Positions 18,646-28,405 of a stretch of DNA of 64,000 nucleotides are shown piece by piece. The notes beneath the pieces were generated by a model. The model did not search any database. It was not told the origin of the DNA and saw only the letters and a list, made by a program, of their open reading frames with translations. The stretch comes from a virus (Duplodnaviria > Caudoviricetes): positions 1,432 through 65,431 of the IMG/VR virus record IMGVR_UViG_3300036823_000389. One strand, 5' to 3'. Position 1 is the first letter of the stretch. Each line of letters starts with the position of its first letter. A program made the position numbers and the translations under genes.

Positions 18646-20127
18646 CTACGCCTCGAAATACTCAAGACGATCCATCAGCACCACGGCGCTCGTGACGGTT
18701 TCGTCTTTCGACGCCTTGGCTTCCAGCGAGAGCATGACGTCCTTGTTCTTCGCGTCCGCGTTTGGCGAGCCGTTGCCGTTGTACGTCACATACGGGAACT
18801 GGATGATCACCGCGCGGCTGTCCTTCGCGACACGGCCATTGACCGCAGTCGGTGTGCCGGCGAAGAGTTTCTGCAGGAACGTATTGTCGCCGAAATAGGT
18901 GTTCAGCGTGAGGGTGGCGCCTACCTCGTGGCTTCCGATCCCGGCCGCGCCGGGGACGTCGACCGCATCTTGCGATGTCAGGACCGGTGACACCTTGAAG
19001 CTCAGTTCCTGAAGGAAATTCGGCGCTGCAAACGGAGTGCCGGCCTCTGCCACCCGGCCCACATTGGCGCCGCAAGCCATCACGCCATAGGTCGTCTGCG
19101 ACGACACAGGATCCGGGCTCGCGTCCAAGGACGTTCGGCTCTGGCTGACACCAGTCATGCCCTGGAACGAGGCGCTGCCGGTGATCTTCTTCTTCGCCGT
19201 CCAGGTCTGCGAATACTCGCTGGCCACCATGCCAGGCTGCGCGATGTAGGTCGGCAGGGCCTGGGCTTTGAAACCGCGCTCGATCGTCTGCGCGACTTGG
19301 GTGAGGGCGTTCTTGATCTGGTCACCAAACCAGAACTTCATCGTCAGGCCTGTGCCGGTCTCCGTCGCCCATCCCGCGGGCAGGTTGTCGAGCGTAATCG
19401 CGTGCGTGGTGACCGCCACGACGCGCACCCAAGTATTCAAGGCGGTCGTCACGAACCGGTTGCCCGCACCGCTGCCGCCGATCTTGAGCCACCGGCCGGG
19501 CGTGAGCGCGGCGATGCTCGTAAAGTCGAGCGTCGTCGACTGAAGGCCGCCGGCGGTCGCATTGATGTCGCCTGCCGCGCCTTGGAACCCGACGCATTTC
19601 ACGCGCGCGGCGGCGGGCGGCACGGCTTCATCCGTCAGGCCAGCGCCGATGAAGCGCGGGACGGTCGCGGAACCCGTGGTGCATTTGAACACGCCGTTGT
19701 TGCCGGCGACACCAAACCCCGTAAAGCGATAGAGCTCGCTGACCGCGAATGCGGTGCCCGTCACAGCAGTCAGCACCTCGTTCGTCGTGGCCACAGCAGT
19801 GACGACGCTGTCGGCGGTGCCGTCATTGTCGCGCTGGTTCGTGTTGGACCAGGTGTTGTGAAACGCGGACTCGATCAGAACCGACTCGGGCGAGAACGGG
19901 ACCGGATAGCTGAATTCGAAGTTGATCCCGCCGTCTGAACTCTCGCCGTTCATGATCGGCGGGGACGTCATCCCGTCATCACGCAGCTCCTCGGAGTCCT
20001 CGAACGTCGGGACAGCTTTGAGGCTCTCGCCGGTGATGCGCATCGCGCGCATGCGCGGCGTGGCCGGCGTCGTGCCGGGCGTCACTTCGCGGACGGAACA
20101 GACCTGGGTGCGATTGCTGCTCGTCAT
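18646..20127 (-). CDS. Major tail tube protein
   Basis: EVTPGTTP, RITGESL, SEELRDD, GGINFEFS N-terminal motifs. Confidence 0.85.
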   Translation of the reverse strand: MTSSNRTQVCSVREVTPGTTPATPRMRAMRITGESLKAVPTFEDSEELRDDGMTSPPIMNGESSDGGINFEFSYPVPFSPESVLIESAFHNTWSNTNQRDNDGTADSVVTAVATTNEVLTAVTGTAFAVSELYRFTGFGVAGNNGVFKCTTGSATVPRFIGAGLTDEAVPPAAARVKCVGFQGAAGDINATAGGLQSTTLDFTSIAALTPGRWLKIGGSGAGNRFVTTALNTWVRVVAVTTHAITLDNLPAGWATETGTGLTMKFWFGDQIKNALTQVAQTIERGFKAQALPTYIAQPGMVASEYSQTWTAKKKITGSASFQGMTGVSQSRTSLDASPDPVSSQTTYGVMACGANVGRVAEAGTPFAAPNFLQELSFKVSPVLTSQDAVDVPGAAGIGSHEVGATLTLNTYFGDNTFLQKLFAGTPTAVNGRVAKDSRAVIIQFPYVTYNGNGSPNADAKNKDVMLSLEAKASKDETVTSAVVLMDRLEYFEA

Positions 20128-20208
20128 GAAACTCTCCTGCTGCGCGGCGGTATGCCGGCGCTGTTCGTCGGTGGAAGCGGTCTGGGCTGCCTATTGGACT
20201 GCGATGGG

Positions 20209-20418
20209 CTATTCGCCCTGCAGGTTGCCGATTTGCGGCAGGTGCTCGGCCTCAAGCGCGGCATCGACGGACGGCGCCGCGCCGTCCCGGACGATGAACC
20301 CTTGCGCGACGAGGTTGCCGAACCGGTGGGGCGAGAGATCCTCGTCGGGACCGAGCATCGTGCCCACAGCAAACCGCCGAACGTGCGTGTTGAATTTCTT
20401 CGAAACGGAATAGGTCAT
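20209..20418 (-). CDS. Small hypothetical virion-region protein
   Basis: AGGAGA RBS; operon position. Confidence 0.5.
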   Translation of the reverse strand: MTYSVSKKFNTHVRRFAVGTMLGPDEDLSPHRFGNLVAQGFIVRDGAAPSVDAALEAEHLPQIGNLQGE

Positions 20419-20427
20419 GTCGGTCTC

Positions 20428-20883
20428 CTAAGCGTCGATCAGGCGCCACTCGATTGCGAGCGGCAGTTGAAACCAATTGCCTTCTTCTTCGGCGGCAGCG
20501 GTGCCTTCGCCAATGAACGCGTCCATGAATTCCAGTGAACCATCGAGCAGCGTGAGCCCGCGAAAGATATCGGCCAATTGCTTGCAGAGATTTCTGGCGC
20601 GCGAGGATCCTGTTCCGACCGGAACGAACACCGGCAACCACAGATGTCCTTCTTCATCCCACCTATTTTGCGCCGCGGTCGGGGCGCCGATCGACACTTG
20701 GCCGTAAATGACGCCCGTTAGTGCCATCGATATCCATGGGGCCGGCGGTTCTGGCACGCCGAACAGGTCGTTCTCGAAGCGAAATGGCGGAACAACAGAT
20801 GTGTCCGGATCGGCCAGGATCGCCACTACGCTTGCGTCCTGCAGATGGGCCTTTATTGCATCGTAGACAGCGTCATCGGCCAT
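20428..20883 (-). CDS. Tail terminator protein
   Basis: FEN...PWI, VFVPVGTG, LADIFRG, GNWFQ. Confidence 0.75.
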   Translation of the reverse strand: MADDAVYDAIKAHLQDASVVAILADPDTSVVPPFRFENDLFGVPEPPAPWISMALTGVIYGQVSIGAPTAAQNRWDEEGHLWLPVFVPVGTGSSRARNLCKQLADIFRGLTLLDGSLEFMDAFIGEGTAAAEEEGNWFQLPLAIEWRLIDA

Positions 20884-20885
20884 AG

Positions 20886-21554
20886 TCACCGCCCGATCGT
20901 CACGAAGATTGCTGGAACTCGGGTCTCCCACTCACGTCCGCCGGACCACACCCCGTGCCGCTTTTTGTGCTGCGATGGTGCGCCGCCGTAAGGCATGAAA
21001 GGTGACCGCCATCCGAATTGGACACGGGCAATATTTCCAAATTGGCTGTTCGCCTTCGTCGCCGTGATCTCGTAGACGCCCTTCGGCGCCTGTGGTGATT
21101 CCGGTGGACTGCCTGCGGCGCCCTCAATTTTGCGCGCATACGGCACGCTGCTGAGGAAGACGTATTCTCTCGCTTCTGGCACCACCACGCCGATCGGCAC
21201 CTCAGCTCCATCCGCAAAGAGCGTATGGCTTGCCTGATAGCGCCCGCTCTGGACAGGCGACACTTTGCGCAACTCGTCTCCGATGAATACCAACAGGTCG
21301 GCTACCAGTTCGTATTCGCGGACGATCACTCCGTCGGGACGCACGCTGTCGAGCGTCGCGCCTTCAACGCCGTCCACGAACGTGTGGTTCGGCGGAATTC
21401 TGCCCAGCACCCGCCGATTCGTCTCATCCGCTTCGCCCAACGCCGCCCTTGCGGCATCCGCAAACTGCTTACTCCTGCCTGCCGGCGAAAGTGTCTCGTC
21501 GATGATCAGCCGGATATCGCGGTCGATGGGATCGACGCGGGTCTTGACGGCCAT
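20886..21554 (-). CDS. Neck/tail completion protein (HK97 gp10-like)
   Basis: SPVQSGRY, VPYARKIE, SPQAPKGV. Confidence 0.75.
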   Translation of the reverse strand: MAVKTRVDPIDRDIRLIIDETLSPAGRSKQFADAARAALGEADETNRRVLGRIPPNHTFVDGVEGATLDSVRPDGVIVREYELVADLLVFIGDELRKVSPVQSGRYQASHTLFADGAEVPIGVVVPEAREYVFLSSVPYARKIEGAAGSPPESPQAPKGVYEITATKANSQFGNIARVQFGWRSPFMPYGGAPSQHKKRHGVWSGGREWETRVPAIFVTIGR

Positions 21555-21572
21555 CGCAAGAGCCTCCGCGCC

Positions 21573-21899
21573 CTAGCCTTTGACCCTGCAGAGGTGGACC
21601 AGTAATACCGTTCCGAGAAACTTTGGCTCATATGCGTCGATGGTTTTGGTTTTTCCGTCGATCACCATCTGATCGTTGATCTTCGGCGGTCCCGGCCATG
21701 TCGCTGCCAAAATCTCAGCATCAGAGAAAATGACGTGGCTCTCGCTCTGTACTACCGAACCAACGAGGCGCGAGATCATAGCGCCATCGGTCGTCCCGTA
21801 GACGGTCACCTCGCCTGTGCCAGAGACCAAGCCGCGGCGGAGAACCATCGGCCGACCGAAGTTCTTGAGCGCGCTACTGATTGATTCGGCAGCGCTCAT
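21573..21899 (-). CDS. Head closure protein
   Basis: Size and synteny; PKINDQMVIDG. Confidence 0.65.
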   Translation of the reverse strand: MSAAESISSALKNFGRPMVLRRGLVSGTGEVTVYGTTDGAMISRLVGSVVQSESHVIFSDAEILAATWPGPPKINDQMVIDGKTKTIDAYEPKFLGTVLLVHLCRVKG

Positions 21900-21903
21900 A
21901 CCC

Positions 21904-22563
21904 TCACCCGATTTGTATATTGCGGTAGCGTTCGAGAGGCGCCGTCACCGCGGCGGGCCAGTCGGTGTCAGCCTTTGCGCTGTCGAACAACGTGTAGCTG
22001 TAGAGGCCGGATAAGATATCCTCGGAGCGCAACGCTGGGTCTCTCGCCGCGTTGAACTTCGCGGCCTTGATCAATTCCAACGCGGCCCCCTGGACCGCGT
22101 CAGGCAACGTCGGATTTGCGTCGTCTGGGAGCGCGAAACCGACCGCGTAGGAGACGATGACCTTTCGTGAACGCCAAGCTGACCTGCAATCACCCCGCAG
22201 ACGAAAAAGAATGCCGGCCGCGACGTCAAGCTCGTAGTCATCGGGTGAAAGAGAAAGCCCATCTTCGTCGACACTTGCGACCGCGCAATAGTCGCTCAAC
22301 CCGGATGATCCAGGGTAACCATAGGCCAGAACGAGTTCGTTGGCTGGCGTCGCGGTCCGGAACGTCTGCGCCACGCTGTCGCGAGCGAATTCCCGGCCAC
22401 AGTGCCCCACGATGGCCTGAGACGCACGAGCAATGTACCGGCCAATTATTTGATCCGATGGCACAGTTGATATTCCGAGTTCCTCCTTGACCACCGCCAG
22501 CGAGACGAGATCCCGATTGGTCGCTCGGGCGACCACCGCGATCATGGACGAGTTCATCGCCAT
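21904..22563 (-). CDS. Head-tail adaptor
   Basis: LVSLAVVKEELGI, CGREF, LPDAVQGAALELIK, LERYR. Confidence 0.8.
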   Translation of the reverse strand: MAMNSSMIAVVARATNRDLVSLAVVKEELGISTVPSDQIIGRYIARASQAIVGHCGREFARDSVAQTFRTATPANELVLAYGYPGSSGLSDYCAVASVDEDGLSLSPDDYELDVAAGILFRLRGDCRSAWRSRKVIVSYAVGFALPDDANPTLPDAVQGAALELIKAAKFNAARDPALRSEDILSGLYSYTLFDSAKADTDWPAAVTAPLERYRNIQIG

Positions 22564-22566
22564 ACC

Positions 22567-22974
22567 TTACTTACCCATGATCAGCACGATCGTGCCGCCC
22601 TTGGCGTTGCCGGCGTTCGCGACCGTTGGGTAGAGATTTCCGCCTTCGTGGAAGACGCGCTGCAGTGCAGTCGTGCCGTCGCCCACTTGCGGCACGCCGA
22701 TCTTGCGCGTGGCGTTTGAAACATTCGCGCCAGTGCCGGTAAGGAAATCCACGCCGCCGCTGATTGCGTCGAGCAGCGTCACGTCATAGAGATCCGATGG
22801 CTGCGTGCCGCCGCCATCGGGCATGAACTTCACCTGATGGATGTGACCGCGCTTGAATTCGATGGGATTCTCCGCAACAGCACCGCCGGCAGAGCAAACC
22901 CAGGCCATGCTGTACTTCGTGTAGCCGCCGCCCAAGTCGGAACTCGTGAGCGTGACGGAGCCTGCTACGGCCAT
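22567..22974 (-). CDS. Hypothetical head-region protein
   Basis: Beta-rich ORF in the head operon with an RBS. Confidence 0.55.
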   Translation of the reverse strand: MAVAGSVTLTSSDLGGGYTKYSMAWVCSAGGAVAENPIEFKRGHIHQVKFMPDGGGTQPSDLYDVTLLDAISGGVDFLTGTGANVSNATRKIGVPQVGDGTTALQRVFHEGGNLYPTVANAGNAKGGTIVLIMGK

Positions 22975-23034
22975 GCTGGTCGCTCCCCTGAATGGATGCG
23001 GCGCGCCCTTGCGAGCGCGCCGCCCCTGTTATGC

Positions 23035-23952
23035 CTAGGCGTCGGTCGACGCCGTGATGTTCGTCTGCATCGAAGACTCGCCGGCCAGGTTCACGATATT
23101 GATCGGCTGGAAGTAGACGAACGTGGCGCCGGTGCAGGCCTCAGTGATGTTCGCCGCGTTGTCCTGCAGGCGCAGGTTGAGGTTCGGCCCGATCATTCCG
23201 GTCGAGCCTGTGATGGTGTCGATCAGGAAGATGTCGACCGAGTTGCGCGTGCGCGCCCAGCAATCGTGAACCTCGAGATCCGTGGTCGCGGTGGTGCGGA
23301 TATCGATCACACCGACCGAGAAGTTGCCATCGAAGCGGCAGTTCTTGATCTCAATACGATCGCCGCCCACCAGCGCGATCGCCGCGCCGGTGCCGGCCGC
23401 GGTATCACCGTCATAACGAAGGCCGTCGACCACCATGCGATCCGCGCCGGCGGTCGTGAGCAAGAAGACGGTAACCTGGCCGGTCACGTCGCGATATTCG
23501 CAGTCCTTCAGCAGGAAGTCGGCCGCAGACACCACGAAGGCCGATACGACCGCGTCGATGGCACCGATAAACAGCAGGTTGCGGATCGAGGAGTTGGCGG
23601 CCGAGACGGCCACAGTGCCCGCGGTCGCGGTGAAATTGATTTTGGGACGCACTGCACCGGTGCCGATGCCGATGATCTCTACGCCCGCAACATCCAGTGC
23701 CAGCGCCGCGGCGGTGCCGATCGTTTCGACATGGCCGGGCATCACATAGATGCGGTCGCCCTGGTTGGCGGTGCACAGACCGATCGCATAGTCGATCGAG
23801 GCGCACGGCGCATCGGGGTTCTGACCGTAGCCGGCGCCGTCCGTGCCGGTCAGCGAACAGACGAAGAAGATATTGCCGGTGGTGAGCGAATTGTTGACCA
23901 CGGTGAACATGCCGCCCGACTGCTTGCGGACAAAGAGTTCGGTACGAGACAT
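23035..23952 (-). CDS. Beta-helix (pectin-lyase-like) head-associated protein
   Basis: GQNPDAPCASIDYAI...GDRIYVMPGH.E, VEIIGIG, IRNL, IKNCRF. Confidence 0.65.
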   Translation of the reverse strand: MSRTELFVRKQSGGMFTVVNNSLTTGNIFFVCSLTGTDGAGYGQNPDAPCASIDYAIGLCTANQGDRIYVMPGHVETIGTAAALALDVAGVEIIGIGTGAVRPKINFTATAGTVAVSAANSSIRNLLFIGAIDAVVSAFVVSAADFLLKDCEYRDVTGQVTVFLLTTAGADRMVVDGLRYDGDTAAGTGAAIALVGGDRIEIKNCRFDGNFSVGVIDIRTTATTDLEVHDCWARTRNSVDIFLIDTITGSTGMIGPNLNLRLQDNAANITEACTGATFVYFQPINIVNLAGESSMQTNITASTDA

Positions 23953-23999
23953 TTCTTGGGTTCCTTCCAGTGTGATGCCTGAGGCGGCAGAGCGAAGTC

Positions 24000-24026
24000 A
24001 CGGGGCGGCATCCTGCCGCCCCGTTT
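24000..24026. terminator. Intergenic GC hairpin in the head operon
   Basis: ACGGGGCGGCA-tcc-TGCCGCCCCGT; no U-tract in the coding direction, so possibly a stabilising or processing stem. Confidence 0.4.
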
Positions 24027-24040
24027 GCGGCAGACGGCGA

Positions 24041-24514
24041 CTACGCGATCGCGGAATCCGGCGGAATGCTGCTGGCGAACCGCGGGTCGTAGAGTTCGAT
24101 CAGAATGCCGCCGAGCACCGGATCGTTGACGACTTCGACCGCCTTCAGGCGCAGCCAGGCTTTCGATCCCATCTTCTGCGGATCGACGTCGATCACGTAG
24201 ATGTGGTTCGAGCCCGCGGTGGTCGTGAACCCAGCCGTAGTCACCGTTGCCACCGCGCCAGGCAAGTCATCGGCGCCCGTATAGGCCTGATAGCTGAACA
24301 CCACGGCGACCGGATTGTCGCCATTGGCGTTGTCACACGCCTCGACGGTGATCGTCGACGTGCCAAGCAGGCCGACACCCTTGTGGATGATGAATCGTGC
24401 GCCGCCATATTCCGCGATCTTCACGACATCGGAGTAGACGGTGCCCGAGAATGCATCGGCAACGGCCGCGAGGCCCATCACCGTGTGCAGCAAGCCAAGA
24501 CGAAGTTTGGACAT
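24041..24514 (-). CDS. Capsid decoration/cement-like protein
   Basis: Directly after the major capsid gene; beta-sandwich pattern. Confidence 0.55.
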   Translation of the reverse strand: MSKLRLGLLHTVMGLAAVADAFSGTVYSDVVKIAEYGGARFIIHKGVGLLGTSTITVEACDNANGDNPVAVVFSYQAYTGADDLPGAVATVTTAGFTTTAGSNHIYVIDVDPQKMGSKAWLRLKAVEVVNDPVLGGILIELYDPRFASSIPPDSAIA

Positions 24515-24600
24515 GAGATTAACCCCTTTCAGAGGCCGATGAGATCAGAGGGAAGCGCGCCGGCACGTGCCGGCGCGCCCGATGGTGGTCAAGCGGACTT

Positions 24601-25941
24601 TTAGCCGCGGGTCGCCAACGTGATGAACGTCGACTGTTTGTCCGTGCCCTTGAACGGCGTGATCGGTTTGTCGTCGACCGGCTGACCGTCCACCCGATAG
24701 ATGAACCGGAAGGCCTGCTCATCCGTGACGAACGCGACGTGGATCGAGGTGGCGTACTGAACGTCGCCCTTGTCGATCATGACGTAGTTGGTGGGATCGG
24801 CGAGCACGATATCGCCTTCGGTGCCGAGCGTGTTGCAATACTCGATCGGCATGACAGGACGGCCGAGCAGCGTACCGAACGGCGAGCCAGACAGGCCACC
24901 AGGCGGCAGGAACACGGGCACACCGCCCGTGCCGATCACCGCCTGCAGACCCTGCAGCGCGGGGAACGCGTCCTGGTTGATCCACCATTCCGAACTCGGG
25001 ATGGAGCGGGCCGGCAAGCGCGCGAACATCTTGGTGATGTTCTCGTACACCACCGACTTCGCCGCTTGACCGGCTTCCTTGGCGACGGTCACCTTGCAAC
25101 CGGCGTTCATGAAGCCAAGCGGCATCGCCGCGCCGGCGCCCTCGAACATGGCGTCATCGACCATGAACGAAAACTCTTCCGGGAACGCTTCCGAGATAAC
25201 GCCGGCGAGCGCCGTGGAATCCTGGAGCATCTCGCTGGTAGCGTATAGCAGCCCGGCCAGTTTCTTCAGCTGCAGGTTCATCTGGCGGAACTTCGGACGC
25301 GTCGGCGTCAGTGAGTCACCCTCACCGATCCAGTAGGTCTGCAAACCGCCCCAGCGCGAGCCGGTGGCGCGATTGTCGTCCTTGAGCGCATTGATCTTGA
25401 GCCCGTTGGACTTGGCCGAGATCGGGATGCGGCGGGCGCGGTTGGCGATGCGCGCCACATCGAACGTGCGGCGAAGCAGGCCATCCGCGATGTCCTTCTC
25501 GACGAGAAAGCCGCCGTCTTCGGCGATGGTCTCGTTGGAACCCAGGGTGGCTTCGACCAAAAGCGGATCGTGCTGTGCGCCCAGCTTCGAGCGACGCACT
25601 GCCATCAGGAAATCGCCGAAGGCCGCGCTCTGCGCGGTGGTCAGGATCTGACCGTCCTGCAGCGTGTGTGCGCTGGTAGGGAGATTGCGGTACTTGGCCA
25701 TGAAGCCTTGCACCGCCGGCGCCGTCGGATCGACAACTTCCGGGTCCACCGCCGGAGAAGCCTTCGCGCCGCGGAGTTTCTGAAGCTTGTCGGCGTTGGC
25801 AATTTCCTTGTCGAGAGCTTCGACCTCCACGGCCGCAGCCTCGAACTTCGCCTGGCGATCTTCGCTCGTCAGCGCGAGCGCGGCCTCCATGGCTGCATAT
25901 GCCTTCGCGCGGTCCTGCTGAAGGCTCACGATATCGCGCAT
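24601..25941 (-). CDS. HK97-fold major capsid protein with N-terminal delta domain
   Basis: DGGFLV, WIGEG, LKKLAGL, LLGRPV, AFRFIYRVDGQP. Confidence 0.95.
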   Translation of the reverse strand: MRDIVSLQQDRAKAYAAMEAALALTSEDRQAKFEAAAVEVEALDKEIANADKLQKLRGAKASPAVDPEVVDPTAPAVQGFMAKYRNLPTSAHTLQDGQILTTAQSAAFGDFLMAVRRSKLGAQHDPLLVEATLGSNETIAEDGGFLVEKDIADGLLRRTFDVARIANRARRIPISAKSNGLKINALKDDNRATGSRWGGLQTYWIGEGDSLTPTRPKFRQMNLQLKKLAGLLYATSEMLQDSTALAGVISEAFPEEFSFMVDDAMFEGAGAAMPLGFMNAGCKVTVAKEAGQAAKSVVYENITKMFARLPARSIPSSEWWINQDAFPALQGLQAVIGTGGVPVFLPPGGLSGSPFGTLLGRPVMPIEYCNTLGTEGDIVLADPTNYVMIDKGDVQYATSIHVAFVTDEQAFRFIYRVDGQPVDDKPITPFKGTDKQSTFITLATRG

Positions 25942-26042
25942 TTGGGTTCTCCTTTGCTGCGCATGTGATGGGCACGAATGCGCCCGACTAACCGCGGCCT
26001 TCGCCGTGGAACTGGTTACTGTGCGTGATGGGAGGTGCGCGA

Positions 26043-26933
26043 TTACTTGCGCAACGCGGCGAGCTTCGCCTGGTTCGCCGCGTGGCGGGCCAGATAGGCC
26101 TGTGTGGCTTCCTGCGACTGCACCTTGTCGGCCATGCCGGCCGCGACGGCGGCGGAGCCGACAACAACGCCGCCCTGCTGGAAATCGCTTTTCACCTTGG
26201 TCGCCGTAGTGCCGCGGAATTTTGCCACGTCGGCGATGAACTCGGCTTCCAGTGCGTCGAGCACCGTCCGGATTTGCGCCTGGCCATCTTCGCTCTCCGG
26301 ATCCGGGCGCTTGTTCGGAGCATTCGAGCTCACGATCTCAACGCCGATAAAACCTTCAGAATCCGGTTCGACCTGTTTCGGAACGGCGGCCACAACGCCA
26401 ATCGAGCCGACGACGGCCGTGCGATCGAGGAAAACCTCTTGAGCAGCCGAACCAAGCCAATATGCGGCGGATGCCATGCTGCCGGTAACCTGGACGGCCG
26501 TGAGTTTCTTCTTCGCGCCCGCGTTGATGAGGGCCGCAAGGTTGGCGATGCCCGGAACTTGGCCGCCAGGACTATCCACCAGCAGCATGATCGCGCCGAC
26601 GTCTGGGCTGCCAAGCGCAACTCGGTAGTCTGCCTGTAGGGATGCGACGGACGTAGCCCCCGACATCTGGGTCATCATGTTGGCCCTCGGGAAGATCGGA
26701 CCAGTGATCGGGATGACCGCAACACCGTCCTGGATGAACGCCCGCTGAGTGCCGGCGAGCGGCTGCGCCGACGGGCCCGCCATCAGCTGATAGTCGCGAA
26801 CCTGCCATTCGGCGGCACGCGCCTGCACCTCGGGGTGCGCATGATCACGCTGTGCCAACGCCGCGAGAAACGGCAAGTACGATGGGTCGATCGCCCACGG
26901 CTCCGCCGTGAGTGCCCGGAAAACATAGGTCAT
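26043..26933 (-). CDS. S49 prohead protease
   Basis: VDSPGG, MASAAYWLGS, VGSIGV. Confidence 0.92.
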   Translation of the reverse strand: MTYVFRALTAEPWAIDPSYLPFLAALAQRDHAHPEVQARAAEWQVRDYQLMAGPSAQPLAGTQRAFIQDGVAVIPITGPIFPRANMMTQMSGATSVASLQADYRVALGSPDVGAIMLLVDSPGGQVPGIANLAALINAGAKKKLTAVQVTGSMASAAYWLGSAAQEVFLDRTAVVGSIGVVAAVPKQVEPDSEGFIGVEIVSSNAPNKRPDPESEDGQAQIRTVLDALEAEFIADVAKFRGTTATKVKSDFQQGGVVVGSAAVAAGMADKVQSQEATQAYLARHAANQAKLAALRK

Positions 26934-26936
26934 GCT

Positions 26937-28226
26937 CTAACCCTTCTTATTTGGATCGACCTGTTTGTCGTCCGCCGGTGGCACCACTTCTGTGCGGCGG
27001 ATCGGTACCGTGCCGGCCGGGATCATATTCAGTGGCGTGATGTACTCTTGACCTTGACCATTCGGCAGCGGCGGCAGGTTGTCCTTGCCTCGGATCGTAT
27101 CGACGTTGAGCCAGCCCCACTGACGCGCGATCGCATAGGCGGCATAGCGACCTTCAAGATCACCGCGCATCAGCGCGTCGAGATTGCACTCGACGTAATA
27201 TTGTTCGCGCTCGCGCGGCGTAAGACAGGCGACTTCGATCGATGATTCCAGGCACTGCGCAAGCGCGGAGACCGGGCCAGTCACATAGTCGATGCCTTGG
27301 CTCTCGATATTCGTGAAGGTTGCGTTGTCCAGAATGCCAACCTTATGCGGTGGCACGCCGTACATCATCGCGCAGGCCTTAGCTTGTTCCTTGCGCGTCT
27401 CGGTCATCTGGCTCTTCTGAGGATCGAAGGACCACTCCTTCAACTTCAGACCGAGCTCGAGGATCGCGACCTTGAACGAGTTGTCCACGCCGCTGTAGAC
27501 GCGCTCGATGCCAGCTCGAATGCGTTTTGCCACCTCGTCATCGGGCAGTTTCTTGTCCATCTCGAGGATGGCCGAAGGTTTCGCGCCGTTCTTGAAGAAC
27601 TTTGCGGCATAGCGTTCTGCCGCGAGCGCAAGCGCGACTGTTTCCTTGTTGCGGTGGATCGGCGATACGCCGAGCACGCCACCGTTTACTGCGCACTCGT
27701 TCGTCGCGCGGTACGGAACGTGGATGATGTCCTGCCATGAGAGATTCTGCTGCAGCGTGCCGTTCTCGACAACATCGAAGAACGGTTCGCCGTCAGTTTG
27801 CCAACGATGCGTGGTCGCCCCGGGTTGGATCAACGTCAGCCGATCGAGAAACGCGCCACCAGGACGATGCACTCGAGAATAGCCATTCCCGCGTGACAGC
27901 GCATTTGAGAGCAGTACACGACGCCAAGCATATGACGAGAGCCACGGCGCAGGCCCATATTTGAGCAACTTGTAGAGCGGATGATCGACGGCTTCCTCGC
28001 GCGCCGCGCCCGCCTTGTACAAGACGAACGGGACCTTGGCGAGATCTTCGGACAGTACGTTCACGGAGCCGGAGATCGCCGGCACTGTCATCGCTTCCTC
28101 GACGGTTATGCGAAGGCCGGTCGAACTCAGCGTGCCGCCGTCATCAAGCCCGCGGAGCCAGTTATCGATATAGCGATCCTGACCATCGCCACCATCGCTA
28201 CCGAGAATTCGTCCGAGGTACCCCAT
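26937..28226 (-). CDS. HK97-family portal protein
   Basis: DHPLYKLL, GNGY, GVSPI, FFKNGAKP, YGVPPHKVG, ATFTNIESQ. Confidence 0.95.
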   Translation of the reverse strand: MGYLGRILGSDGGDGQDRYIDNWLRGLDDGGTLSSTGLRITVEEAMTVPAISGSVNVLSEDLAKVPFVLYKAGAAREEAVDHPLYKLLKYGPAPWLSSYAWRRVLLSNALSRGNGYSRVHRPGGAFLDRLTLIQPGATTHRWQTDGEPFFDVVENGTLQQNLSWQDIIHVPYRATNECAVNGGVLGVSPIHRNKETVALALAAERYAAKFFKNGAKPSAILEMDKKLPDDEVAKRIRAGIERVYSGVDNSFKVAILELGLKLKEWSFDPQKSQMTETRKEQAKACAMMYGVPPHKVGILDNATFTNIESQGIDYVTGPVSALAQCLESSIEVACLTPREREQYYVECNLDALMRGDLEGRYAAYAIARQWGWLNVDTIRGKDNLPPLPNGQGQEYITPLNMIPAGTVPIRRTEVVPPADDKQVDPNKKG

Positions 28227-28402
28227 CAGCGACCGGCTCTCATCTCGCCAACGACGGCGATCGCAAGCAGCAGAACGCCTACTACGATGAAACCGGCGGG
28301 TGGATAGATCAGCCAGCTACCGAAGCCGGTCAATCCAATTCCACTGACACCCATTACAAGGCGCGTTGCGTCGGCAGGATCCGGCATCTTGGGCAGCTTC
28401 AT
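28226..28402 (-). CDS. 58-aa membrane protein between terL and portal (not in the ORF track)
   Basis: Hand translation MKLPKM...GSWLIYPPAGFIVVGVLLLAIAVVG; TGATG overlap with the portal start. Confidence 0.65.
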   Translation of the reverse strand: MKLPKMPDPADATRLVMGVSGIGLTGFGSWLIYPPAGFIVVGVLLLAIAVVGEMRAGR

Positions 28403-28405
28403 TGC

